64,000 nt of DNA from Eledone cirrhosa (lineage: Eukaryota), in contig OZ024745.1 of NCBI GenBank assembly GCA_964016885.1, positions 73,718,001-73,782,000 of the forward strand. Direction: 5' to 3'. Positions within the stretch are counted from its first letter, which is position 1; every line of letters starts with the position of its first letter. The translations under genes and the position numbers were made by a program. Below are positions 1 to 11,400 of this stretch, piece by piece. Under the pieces are notes generated by a model, which saw only the letters and a list, made by a program, of their open reading frames with translations, was not told the origin of the DNA and ran no database searches.

Positions 1-162
1 GTGTTGTGGATGTAGGTGGCGTGTGGGGAAAAAACATTTTTTGGGGTGTATGTCCGTGAGTAAGTCCTTAAGGTAATTCCGTAGACGATGTGGTGGAATG
101 CTGAGTAATATCCTTGGAGATACACATACACATACATTATACATACACATATATATATAGAG

Positions 163-201
<39 letters not shown>

Positions 202-333
202 GATATGTATAGAAATTTCGTATTTCTAAAGAAATACGGTATGTTTACTGGGTAAACATTTAGGAAGATGTAGCTATGCAAAACACCGGGGCTAACGCTT
301 TCTGGTGGTGTCCAACAGAAGCAAAGGGGACAA

Positions 334-375
334 TCATCTATGCATTTCAGGCTTAATTAGTCTTCATCAGGACGA
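334..375 (-). ncRNA. Minimal type I hammerhead ribozyme (PLE-type)
   Basis: Minus strand: tcgtc-CTGATGA-agactaattaagcct-GAAA-tgca-TA-gatga. Stem I tcgtc/gatga, stem II with one mismatch, palindromic minimal stem III. Confidence 0.75.
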
Positions 376-513
376 TACCTCCCACGCTTGCGACTGCTGG
401 ACTTGAGAGCAGTCGAGAATATCTCGTCTGTGTAAATGAGGTCATTAATCTCATTTGCAAATGAAGCTGCATATGTTGGCTCAACTTATAATAATAATTA
501 AAAAAAAAAAAAA

Positions 514-588
<75 letters not shown>

Positions 589-696
589 GTGTATGTGTGT
601 GTGTATGATAAATGTATGTATATATGTTTATTATACTATAAGATAAAGAGAAAATACTATACATAAAGAGAAAATATCATGCAATCTTATATGATA

Positions 697-1922
697 CTAG
701 CAGAATGGCCCGGCGTTGCTCGGGCATGTTTATCCCTCCTTTCTGAAACAGTACAGAGAAGTACGGAATACCTCGGCCTGGGGATGGTGTCTATATTTTG
801 TGCTTAATCAAATAATTTTCCATTAAGATTTTTTAAAAGCATGTACTTGCGTTCCCTCTCTTTTTTGTTGTTGCTTTTGCTGCTGTTGGTGTGATAGCAG
901 CCATTGGTCGTACTACTAACACAGTCTCGTCCTTCTTCCGCCAATCGTGTATATTCCCTTCTGCCTCGTCTACCTAAACAATGATTGTAGCACCTCCTTG
1001 TACACAATGTTCTTTGTCCTTCCGTGTCGGGCATATGCAAAGAGATTTGTCTTGCTTCCCACTCTTGAGCAGCCAACGTATAGTTGCCCGTGTGAAAAAC
1101 ATGGCTCTTCCAAAAGACGACCAGCAACAGCTAGGGTCTGACCCTGGGATTTGTTGATAGACATTGCAAAGCTGACACGGTTGGGCGAATGGTTGGTTGG
1201 TTGTCTGTTTCAAATGCTCTTGTGGTGGCAGTACGTTCAGCATCTTGCGACCGTCGAATAGCAGATTCCACTGGCGTTTCGTTTGCCCGCCTTGTTCTTT
1301 TTCTTGCCGCTTTCGCAGTATTTCGGCCAATGGAGTATCTCTTCCTTCGAGGCATGACCTAAAAGCAGGACGAAGTACACTAAGACTAACTGGTAGAGCA
1401 AGGAGTAAACTCGTCATTGATGCATGTGATTCCCGAACCGTTGACTATGTAATTGCTGGCCTTGTGCCAAAAGTAGTGGGACCTTTTGGGTGGCTTATCG
1501 GCAGTAACAATGACGATAAGCTGTCTGTGGTTTCGTGAAATAAATAAGTTTGTTTATATTTTGTTTTTGTGTATGCAAAAATATCTGTACACGAATATAT
1601 AATTATATATATATATATATATTAAAATAACAGATTAAAGTTTAAGGCTTTCACCCTTAACGGGATCTTCTGAAACTAAAAAAATCAATCTGTGAACACA
1701 GAAGTAAATATTTCGAAAAACGTTGAAACCGAAGGAAAACAGGAAGACGATACTTTGGTTCGTGAAGACGTTCCGTGGCAATGAAGGGAAAATAGCGAAG
1801 ATAATACGTCTGCAATGATAACAATGTTTGTCATAATGTCGTAATGCAGACATCCAGACATCCAGACATATATTATAAGGGCGCGACGTTATAGCTATGT
1901 ATCTATCTTAAAAAATCAGACT

Positions 1923-2016
<94 letters not shown>

Positions 2017-2203
2017 TGGCGACTAACACCCCTTTAACAACAGAAAATTGAAAAATAAAAGCTGCAGTTAATATCTTTAGACCGCAAGGAATATATAAAT
2101 GGAAGTTTGAAGTCAATCAGAGTAGAAATATAGATTTGTATAGACTTTGCAAACATTAGGACACACACACACAGACAATTTCAGTTTTATATATGTGTAT
2201 AGA
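697..2203 (-). mobile_element. Internally deleted Helitron
   Basis: 5' end A|TCTATACACATATATAAAACTG at 2203. 3' hairpin GCCCGAGCAACGCCGGGC followed by CTAG|T at 697. Carries RepHel remnants. Confidence 0.85.
970..1355 (-). pseudogene. Helitron RepHel remnant (N-terminus joined to Pif1-like helicase C-terminus)
   Basis: MSINKSQGQTL...FSHGQLYVGCSRV...TKNIVYKEVL are Pif1/Helitron helicase C-terminal motifs. MPRRKR...RRANETPVESAIRRSQD resembles a Helitron N-terminus. The middle of the gene is deleted. Confidence 0.85.
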
Positions 2204-2518
2204 TAAAGCGATGACATCCTATGAGTTTACATTCATTAAATTATGGATGTAATCTGACAAATTATACACTAGAAGAACATTGTAGATATGCTATCCATGC
2301 TACAGCGTTATGTGTTTAAGTTTAATCATAAGAGAATACATTTGAGGGTGTTAACAAAACACCAAAACCTATGAATGCTGCTCACACGCCACGTCGAATA
2401 TTTACCATATCAAAATAGTTCCATACTAAGCCACAAGATTTCCTGTTTGTTCTTTTACAAAGCTTTTGGCAAACTGAGATCATCTAGCTTAATTCTTCGA
2501 GGAACGATACTGTTAGAA

Positions 2519-2519
2519 A

Positions 2520-2592
<73 letters not shown>
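2519..2592. repeat. (ATCT)n microsatellite, left flank of the Tx1 array
   Basis: Perfect tetranucleotide run abutting the 5' end of Tx1 copy A. Confidence 0.95.
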
Positions 2593-2791
2593 GTATAACT
2601 TGCTGAGTAAGTTCTGTTTAAATTTCTATAGAAATTCTTGTCTGATAACTTTAATTTTTGTACCATTTTGTAGATGGACTGCCAGGTCAAACTTTGATCT
2701 GGTCAGTCTCTCAAAATATTCTACGCCTTTAGGCGAAATAGTTAAACAAAAAAAAAAGTGTTTTCTTGTTGAAAAGTCAATATTTTTTTAA

Positions 2792-4583
2792 ATGGCCGAA
2801 GCTTCTTCACCAAAATTCGAGGGAGGAAAGGGGAAGATGAACTTACAGCTTCCCCCTGCCACTGTCACAGTAGCAGAGGTCAAGAAGAAAGGTCAGCCAG
2901 AGGAAGAATTCTCTCCACCTGTTAACCGACAACTTGACGTTGCCATGGCAACAACCCAAAGAACCAGCAGCAACAGCAACAACAACAACAATGCGACGGA
3001 CGAAAACAACACCAATAACAATAACAATAACAACAACAACAAGACCAATAACGGTGACAACAACAACAATGATAACAACAACACCACCAACGACAACAAC
3101 AACACAAACAAACAAAATTTCTCCTTCGCCGAGACGACAAGGAAAACCCTCGACTATCTGCCAGTAGATATAACAAAAGCGAAGGAGCTACTGGCGGATG
3201 CGAAAAAATATATAGTGTACGGAGAAAATGGTTCATTCACAATCCATTCCCCCCGCCGGAACTAAAAAGCCAGAGACTCCTAAACACGGTCATGTTTAGG
3301 ACAATCTCGAACAAAAGTAAAAAACCAGCTCAACCATCACAGAGCGAGATAGAGCTGGTTTTAAAAGACGTCATGAAGGACATCACCTTCATTCAGAAGG
3401 ATAGACTCTACGGGAGTCTATCCATTCTCATGAAGGACAGGGACACAGCAGTGAAACTGTCCATCAAACCAATCACATCCACCGCATACACCTTCTACCC
3501 TACGTACATGGGTAGAAGAACACAAAAAATAAAAATCCACACCATCCTGCCGATTATGGACATATGGTGGGTTTTGACAGGTTTTCTGGACCTGGAGGAT
3601 GACATGCTGGTGTCCATGGGAAAGGCATCGGGTGACGCGTTCAGTGGAACGAGCCTCGAACTTGTAGTTCAAATGAGGCCCGAAAGGATCGCCCAGATCC
3701 CCGAACGCGTCATACTGGATGATCTAACCTTCATCAACATTACCGTTGAGGGTAGACGGCCCTCGTGTTATCTCTGCGGAACCAGAGGTCACCTGAGGGC
3801 TGTCTGTCCCCAACTTAATAAGAAAACCCCAATCCTGCCTACACCATCAACAACTGCACAACCAACACAATCACCACAACTACCACTACAAAAACAACCA
3901 CCACAGCTCAAACCAAAACAAAACAATTTCCAACCCACCCCCTCCACTCAAAAAACAAAAACAATTTCCAAAACACCCGTACCGCAAACACAACCCGAAA
4001 ATATACCCCTCCCCTCCAACGCGGAAGATGACCCTAGTTCGTCGTCAGACGAGGAGGAGCACTTCCACACAATCAAAAGAAAAAAAAGAAAACACACCTC
4101 AGACACACAAATGAAAAAAAACCCTCCCCAAAACATAACACTGACACCAACACAAAAGAGCTCACAACAACAGCAAACAAAAAACACCACACAAAAACAA
4201 AAACATGCCTACACATACATAAATACAAGAAACAAAAAACTGTTAAACATTGTGTACAACAACAATCTAATAAAAACACAAGGGCCTAACTTCACCCAGG
4301 CAGGGGATTTCCCCCACCTCAAAATGATTAAGGCCCCACAGGACACCTATAAAACTTTAAAAAATTTTAAAGAGGACGTGGGTCCCCCCTGCGTCGGGCC
4401 CATTAACCGCGTCCTCCTAAAAAACTATCCCACCCCCTCCCCAAACACCCACACAACTCCAAGCTCCCAAACCACACAACACACTGATGCCCCCACACTT
4501 CCACAAACCACCACCCCACCCAACAACCCATCCCCACCCTAATGGAAATTGTGCAGCCCGATACCCGTGACGCAGAGAGGTAA
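2792..4583 (+). CDS. Tx1 ORF1p (gag-like, zinc knuckle), with two apparent single-base frameshifts
   Basis: ORFs 2792-3265 and 3292-4542 join by adding one C to the C-run near 3250. Knuckle CYLCGTRGHLRAVC. The tail MEIVQPDTRDAER* (4542-4583) matches the in-frame ORF1 end of copy B (MDIVQPGLQVARR*). Confidence 0.8.
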
Positions 4584-4607
4584 GTGCCTTTTCTCTTCAC
4601 CACCAAC

Positions 4608-7600
4608 ATGGCTATGCTAAGAGTAGGCTGTTTAAATGCGCGTGGCCTGGGCTCAACTTGGAAGCAAGCAATGCTTCTAAATGACCTCAGGTCACAACGT
4701 ATAGATGTGATGGTTATTTGCGAGGCCCGGATCAGCAACGTGCGACAGCTGGCCCCCACCTTTGATGACTTTGAGATGCACGCATCTCTCTGTCAGCCCG
4801 GAGGTGGGGGTGGAGTTGTCGTTCTGCTGCAAAAACATCTGGGTCTCGCAACACAGATGGTACATTTGGACCCGGAGGGTCGACTAGTGGTTCTGGACCT
4901 TGGCAGTGGTAAAGGCGGAGCGTTTAGGTTGGTAGCCGCCTACGGCCCTTTCGGGTCAATGCGGCCGGACTTCTTCCATCGTCTGGAGACTTTTCTAGGG
5001 ACGTCCCGCTCCTTGCTATTAGTGGGGGACTGGAATGGTATCCTAGATGCACGCTGGGACTACGTAGGGGCCTGCCCCGATAGAGAGGGGTGTAATAGCC
5101 TCAAAGGGTTAATCGGTCGATTTGACCTGGCCGATAGATATCGACTAGATTTTCTGACTGCGCCAACCTGGACTTGGGCAAATCGTAGCGGATCATCTAG
5201 GTCGTACCTAGATAGGTTCTTAGTTAGAATTAAGGATAAGGACTTTTTAAGTTGTCCAAAAATGCGCATGGTTGGCTATTCAGACCACAAATTAGTGACC
5301 TGCATGGTCAACCTTGACAGAACTCATAGACAGGGCCCCGGTTACTGGAAGCTCAACTTGTCCTTGCCGGCAAGTAGAGCCTACAGGAATCGGATTAGTA
5401 CGTTAGTTAAGGAACGGTTGACTGGAGCGATCGTCAACAGCAGGTGGTGGGTATCTCTAAAGAGAGAGATTGGAGTAGTCTCGATAGAATTTAGTAAGGT
5501 TCTAGCTGCGGATAGGAATAGGAAGGAAAGGGAGCTAATAGATAGAGTAGAAGAGGCAATTAGAAGCGGCGACGTGGCCAGAGTGCTAGCGTCGAGAACG
5601 GCTTTGAGCCAGTTTTTCGACGCGAAGCACGAAGGCTGCGTTGTCCGAAGTAAAATACGTGCTCTAGGGAACGAGGGGACCAAAGCTGTTAGCTGGGCCC
5701 GCATGACAGAGGCCAACAGTGGAACTAAATCCACCATCCGGTCTTTGCGAGACCTGGATGGACGGGCGATTCTTGAGCCTAAGCAGATGTGTGAGGCCTT
5801 TCAAAGGCACTTTGCCCGACTGTTCGGGAGGGGCGGGGAGCCGGTTGGGAACGTGGACTTCGGTCCATACCTCGACGGCCTGCCGCGCCTCTCGGACAGG
5901 GAGGCGAAGTCCTGCGAGGAGCCGATTTCGGCCGCTGAGATAGAGGACGTACTGAGCCAATGCGGCAAACGCAAATCCCCGGGTCTCGATGGTCTTCCTT
6001 ACGAATTATATCTAGCTATGCCGGACTTGTTCCCCGATCTCCTCGAGGCGGTCTACTGCAACTGGCAACAGAACGGGAGAATTCCCTGTACTGTGACCAA
6101 GGGCGTAGTCACGCTAGTGAGGAAGGACGAGAACAAGGGGGACGAAATAAGTAACTTCAGGCCCATAACTCTGCTAAATACAGAGTTACAGATTTTGGCC
6201 AAGGTGCTAGCAAAGAGGTTGGCGCTTGTCGTGGGCAACCTGGTGGGAGATGCGCAGACATGCGCTATCCCGTCCAGGTCCATCCATGACAACCTCCACC
6301 TCATGCGATACATCATAGAGAGGGTTGGGAACGAACCCGGCTTTGGTGGGGCTCTGATCAACTTGGATCAATCTAAGGCGTTCGATAGGGTCGACCATGG
6401 TTACCTGGATGCGGTGCTAGCGACGGCAGGCTTCGGACCCGTTTTCAGGGGCTGGATCACTGCTATGCACAGCAGCCGCATCTGCTCTAGGGCCAAGGTG
6501 AACGGCTACCTCTCGGAGCCGTTCAAAATCGCGCGGTCCATCCGACAAGGGTGCCCTCTCTCCTCCCTTCTGTATGTGTTGACTCTCGAGCCACTACTGC
6601 GGAAGTTGGAGTTGTTGCAGGGCATCCCTTTGGAACCGGGATTGCGGAAAGCGGTGTCGGCCTACGCCGATGACGTGACAGTAATGGTGTCGACGGCCTC
6701 CGAAATCGAGGCGGTCGGCACCTTACTGGAGGAGTACGAAAAGTTCACAGGGGCTAAGCTGAACCGGGACAAGTCGATCGGTCTGCAACTCGGCACGTGG
6801 AGGGGCAGACCGATGCCCTCCGATGGCGTTGTCGGACGCTGGACGGAGGGCCCGGTGAAGTTGCTCGGGGTCTGGTTCGGACCGGACCTCCAGGTGGAGA
6901 AAAACTGGGCGGAGGTTACGAACAGGGTGTTTGCACTGACCCAGAAGTGGGCCAGTTGCAAACTATCCCTGAAAGGTCGGGCGGAGGTGGCGAACACCTA
7001 CATAGCGTCCGTCATCTACTACCGCCTGACCGTAGTGCCCTGCCCAAGGGAAACCCTCACCAAGATGGAGCGCGCGCTCTTCCAATTCCTTTGGAAGAGG
7101 CGGGCTCCTATGGTGAGGAGATCCATCTGCTGTCAACACCCTTCGAAAGGAGGGCTGGGGATGCCGTGGCTAATGATGCGTAAACACGCATTAAGGCTAC
7201 GGCACCTCTACGTATACCTCACCGGACAACCGGTGTGGGCCTCGTTTGTGAGACGAACCTTTCCCAGACTCGTCTCACTCACCGAGCTGCAATCCTGGGT
7301 CAAGCAAAGACCGAGAAAACTGGGCGCCTGGCACACTGAGTGTGCCCAGGCGCTCACCGCCCTCTGGCATGCGGATCCGGTTATCAGTGGAGACTCCACC
7401 GCAACATTCTATAGAGGGCTGGTACGCAGCAGGTGCGACGACGCCCTCGGAGAAGCCCTAGACATGGAGGAGGACGAACTGGCCAGCCTGTTCGGTAGGA
7501 CATTCAGCCCGGGACCTATGGACAACTTCCAGAAGTCCCTGGCCTGGCAGTGCTACCGAGGAGCTTTACCCGTTCGAGAAAGGCTCTACAGACACGGGCG

Positions 7601-8045
7601 CCCGGGTAGGGACCCCGCCAAAAAGATCTGTCCCAGATGCGTGTGCGACGAGGAAACCGTTGCACACGCATTGGTACACTGCTCGGGCGTAGCCGATCTG
7701 TGGGGCTATGTCGAACAACTGCTGTCAAGGGTGGGACCGATCCGGTTGACCACCGAGTCTATTGTAATGATCAAGCCGCCTCCCCCCTTCAAAGATGAAG
7801 CAGAGGCGGTGTTTCTGTGCGTAATAGCCATGGCGAAAGAGGTTGTATGGTGGACGCGTCTGAAAGGACTGAGGTCAGGCACCTTTCTCTCTGGCCAACA
7901 ACTGGTCCGTTTCTTCCGATATCATTTCGGAAGAAGGATCAGGATGGAGAGAGAGGTGCTGCACCCCAGTCGTTTTTATGAAAGGTGGGTGAAAGTGGCG
8001 AGAATGGCCCGTGTGAATGGGCCTTCTCTTTACATGAGCCTGTAG
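4608..8045 (+). CDS. Tx1 ORF2p: APE endonuclease, reverse transcriptase and C-terminal zinc finger
   Basis: EN motifs CLNARG, GDWN, SYLDRF, SDH, GPGYWKLN. RT motifs SPGLDG, NFRPITLLN, DQSKAFDRV, RQGCPLS, YADD. Zinc finger CPRC..EETVAHALVHC. Likely start is CACCAACATGG at 4608. Confidence 0.95.
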   Translation: MAMLRVGCLNARGLGSTWKQAMLLNDLRSQRIDVMVICEARISNVRQLAPTFDDFEMHASLCQPGGGGGVVVLLQKHLGLATQMVHLDPEGRLVVLDLGSGKGGAFRLVAAYGPFGSMRPDFFHRLETFLGTSRSLLLVGDWNGILDARWDYVGACPDREGCNSLKGLIGRFDLADRYRLDFLTAPTWTWANRSGSSRSYLDRFLVRIKDKDFLSCPKMRMVGYSDHKLVTCMVNLDRTHRQGPGYWKLNLSLPASRAYRNRISTLVKERLTGAIVNSRWWVSLKREIGVVSIEFSKVLAADRNRKERELIDRVEEAIRSGDVARVLASRTALSQFFDAKHEGCVVRSKIRALGNEGTKAVSWARMTEANSGTKSTIRSLRDLDGRAILEPKQMCEAFQRHFARLFGRGGEPVGNVDFGPYLDGLPRLSDREAKSCEEPISAAEIEDVLSQCGKRKSPGLDGLPYELYLAMPDLFPDLLEAVYCNWQQNGRIPCTVTKGVVTLVRKDENKGDEISNFRPITLLNTELQILAKVLAKRLALVVGNLVGDAQTCAIPSRSIHDNLHLMRYIIERVGNEPGFGGALINLDQSKAFDRVDHGYLDAVLATAGFGPVFRGWITAMHSSRICSRAKVNGYLSEPFKIARSIRQGCPLSSLLYVLTLEPLLRKLELLQGIPLEPGLRKAVSAYADDVTVMVSTASEIEAVGTLLEEYEKFTGAKLNRDKSIGLQLGTWRGRPMPSDGVVGRWTEGPVKLLGVWFGPDLQVEKNWAEVTNRVFALTQKWASCKLSLKGRAEVANTYIASVIYYRLTVVPCPRETLTKMERALFQFLWKRRAPMVRRSICCQHPSKGGLGMPWLMMRKHALRLRHLYVYLTGQPVWASFVRRTFPRLVSLTELQSWVKQRPRKLGAWHTECAQALTALWHADPVISGDSTATFYRGLVRSRCDDALGEALDMEEDELASLFGRTFSPGPMDNFQKSLAWQCYRGALPVRERLYRHGRPGRDPAKKICPRCVCDEETVAHALVHCSGVADLWGYVEQLLSRVGPIRLTTESIVMIKPPPPFKDEAEAVFLCVIAMAKEVVWWTRLKGLRSGTFLSGQQLVRFFRYHFGRRIRMEREVLHPSRFYERWVKVARMARVNGPSLYMSL

Positions 8046-8368
8046 GTGGAAAAGACGAAGGAACGAGGGAGCACCCCCTCTCTGTGCTCTTGAGGAAAAG
8101 GGTTGCACACTTTTTTCGGGGGGGGGGGGGTGCGACCCCCCAAGGCGCCTCCTCTCTATTGAGGATTTTGTTATAAATTTTATTTTTTGTTATATTTTAT
8201 AACAAAATCCTCTATTGAGGATTTTGTTATAATTCTATTTTTTGTTATATTTTATTTTATTTTTATATATTGTTATTGCCTCCTCCCTATTGAGGACGCC
8301 TTGTTTTGTAAACTCCCCCCATTGTACTTGTCCCACTTTTGATGCCCTTGTGGCAAATAAAAGAAACA

Positions 8369-8436
<68 letters not shown>

Positions 8437-8481
8437 CATCCATCCATCCATCCATCCATCCATTAATCAATCTATCTATCT
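8369..8481. repeat. (TCTA)n/(TCCA)n spacer between Tx1 copies A and B
   Basis: Direct reading of the sequence. Confidence 0.95.
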
Positions 8482-11400
8482 GTGTCGCCAATTGTGTTCT
8501 CCCTCTACACCTTTTCCCCCACATATATGGGAAAAAGGACCCCAAAAATAAGAGTAACAAATATCACCCCAAATGTAAACATCTGGTGGATATTAGCTGG
8601 TTTCATCAATTTTGATGAAGATACAGTAATTACAGAAAGTCCTCCAGGGGCATATTCAACGGTACAAGCTTAGAAGTTCTGGCCCAAATGAGACCAGAAC
8701 GGATAGCTAGAATACCACGACGTGTGCCTCTGGATGGAAATTCATACATGAACATTTCTGTTGAGGGTAGGCGGCCTTCATGTTACCAGTGTTTAAGCAG
8801 TGGTCACCTGAGGGCTTCCTGTCCTCAATTAACTGCATTAAAAAAGGCACTACTGCCGACACCCAACACAACAACACAACCACCACCACCACAACAGCAA
8901 CACACAAAAATAACAAAAACAAACCAAACTGCAAACACAGTCCCATCCAACCCCTCCCCACCTAAAACAACACACCCACAAGCACAACAGCTCCCCAAAA
9001 CGTACCCCTCCCCAATCAAACAGACACCACAACGGGCGAAGCCCCCTCGTCATCACTCAGTGATGATGAGGGAGAACACCTCCGCTCAAAAAAAAAAAAG
9101 AAAAAAGACATAACACTAACAAAAAGGCAACAAACACACAACTACCAACACAAACAAAACAAACACTACAAACAAAAATCCCCCCTCCCGAAAACAAAAC
9201 ACTGACAACACTCCAAACACAAATACCCACAACAAAACGAAAACACACACAAGAACAACAGACAAAAACTAACACAACACAACAAAAATATTATACATAC
9301 ATAAACACTGACAATAAAACCTTGATGGAGGTCATCTCCAAAAACCCTTGCGTGGAAACCGAAGGAAAATATTTTACCAAATGTAAAGACAAACCTAATT
9401 TAAGGATGATTAGGGTCCCTACGGACACATATAAGTCCTTAAAGAAACCTTTGCTGCGGACGTGGGGAATATGTGTGTTAAACCAACGAACCGCGTCCTC
9501 TTGAAACGTTTCCTCACCCCCACCCCAGACACCCCCACCCTACCACCTACCAAACACCCCCTCCCCACCAAACAACTCCGTCCCTACCACGCCAGGAACC
9601 ACCACCCTACCGAATAACCCCTCCAACACCCCCATGGACATTGTGCAGCCTGGTCTCCAGGTAGCGAGGAGGTAAGTGAATTCTTTCCTCTTCTTTTTTA
9701 AATATTCCTCACCAACATGGCCGATGTAAAAGTCGGATGTGTGAATGTGCGCGGCCTGGGGATGCTCTGGAAACAGGGCAAACTCTTAAACGACCTCAGG
9801 TCGCACAGTATGGATGTAGTAGCCATTTGCGAGTCCAGGATCCACAGCGAGCGACAGCTGGCCCCCATCTTCGATGACTTTGAGATCTACGCATCTCTCT
9901 GTCAGCCGGGAGGTGGGGGCGTGGTTGCCGTTTTGCTGAGGAAACACCTGGGCCTCGTAGCACAGACGGTACATCTGGACCCGGAGGGTAGACTGGTGGT
10001 CCTAGACGTTGACGGTAGTGAAGGTGGAGCCTTCAGGCTGGTGGCCGCATATGCCCCATCCGGGACTCCGCGGCCAGACTTCTTCAAACGTCAAGAGACT
10101 TTTCTGGGGACGTACCGCTCCTTGCTTTTATTGGGGGACTGGAATGGAATCCTAGATGCACGTTGGGAATATGTGGGAGCATGTCTCGATAAAAAAGGGG
10201 GGGTGTAACAGTCTCAAACAGTTAATCGGCCGATTTGACCTGGCCGATAGATATCGACTAGATTTTCCAACAGTGCCACTGTGGACGTGGACTAATCGTA
10301 GCGGAACATCTAGATTGTACCTAGATAGGGTTCTAGTTAGAAATAAGGATAGGGACATGTTAAGCTGTCCACAAATGTTCATGGTTGCCTATTTAGATCA
10401 CAAACTAGTGAACTGCATGGTCAACCTTGATAGAACCCATAGACAAGGACCCGGCTACCGTTTTAGTAAAGAATTAGCGTTAGATAGAAATAGGACCGAG
10501 AAGGAACTGGTAGATAAAGTAGAAGAGGCAATTAGAAGAGGCAAAGTAGCCAGCGTGCTAGCAACGAGAACGGCCTTAGACCAGTTCTTCGACGCAAAGC
10601 ACGATGTTGCGTTGTCAGAAGCAAAATAACTGCTCTGGGTAACGAGGGAGCCAAAGCTGTTAGCTGGGCCCGGGTGCCGGATGCGAAAAGTGGCAACAAG
10701 TCCACGATTCGGCCTTTGAAGGACCAAGACGGACGCGTGATACGTGAGCCGAAGCAGAAGTGCGCGGCCTTTCAGCGGCACTTTGCTCAGCTGTTCGGGT
10801 AGGGCGACGCGCCGGGAGGGACTATGGATTTCGGTCCATACCTCGACGGCCTGTCGCGATTCTCAGACAACGAAGCGAAGTTCTGCGAAAGGCCGATTTC
10901 AGCCGCTGATATAGGGAACGCGCTGAGCCAATGCGGCAAACGCAAATCTCCAGGTCTCGACGGTCTACCCTACGAATTTTACGTAGCAATGCCGGACTTG
11001 TTCTCTGTTCTCCTGGAAGCGGTCTACTGTAACTGGCAGCAGAACGGGAGAATTCCCAGTTCTGTGACCAGGAGCGTAGCAATGCTAGTCAGGAAGGACG
11101 AAAATAAGGAAGATGACATAGGCAACTTCCGGCCCATAACTCTGCTAAACATAGAGTTACAGATCGTGGCCAAGGTGTTGGCAAAGAGGCTGGCGCTTGT
11201 CGTCGAAAACCTGGTGGGAGAAGCGCAGACATGCGCAATCCCGACCAGGTCCATACACGACAACCTCCACCTCATGCGATACATCGTAGAGAGGGTTGGG
11301 TGTAAACCCGGCTTCGGTGGGGCCCTGATCAACTTGGATCAGTCTAAGGCTTTCGATAGGGTTGACTATCGTTACCTGGATGCGGTGCTCGAGGCGGCAG

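Larger units (their letters stand above)
2593..8370 (+). mobile_element. Tx1-clade non-LTR retrotransposon, copy A (near full length)
   Basis: 5'UTR, ORF1 with CCHC knuckle, intact ORF2. The 3' end GTGGCAAATAAAAGAAACATA runs directly into (TCTA)n. Confidence 0.93.

Noticed and set aside
2593-2673. Spliced-leader RNA gene (GTAAGT donor plus AATTTTTG Sm-like site)
   Set aside because: The Sm-like motif is not conserved in copy C, and a cis acceptor at a fixed distance fits an intron better.
4540-4583. TAATG stop-start overlap and a mini-ORF in frame with ORF2, suggesting programmed re-initiation or readthrough
   Set aside because: In copy B the same peptide is the in-frame end of ORF1 and is out of frame with ORF2, so a 1-nt indel in copy A is the simpler explanation.
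8155-8240. 17-bp hairpin and local duplication in the 3'UTR of copy A
   Set aside because: Absent from copies B and C, so probably a copy-specific rearrangement.
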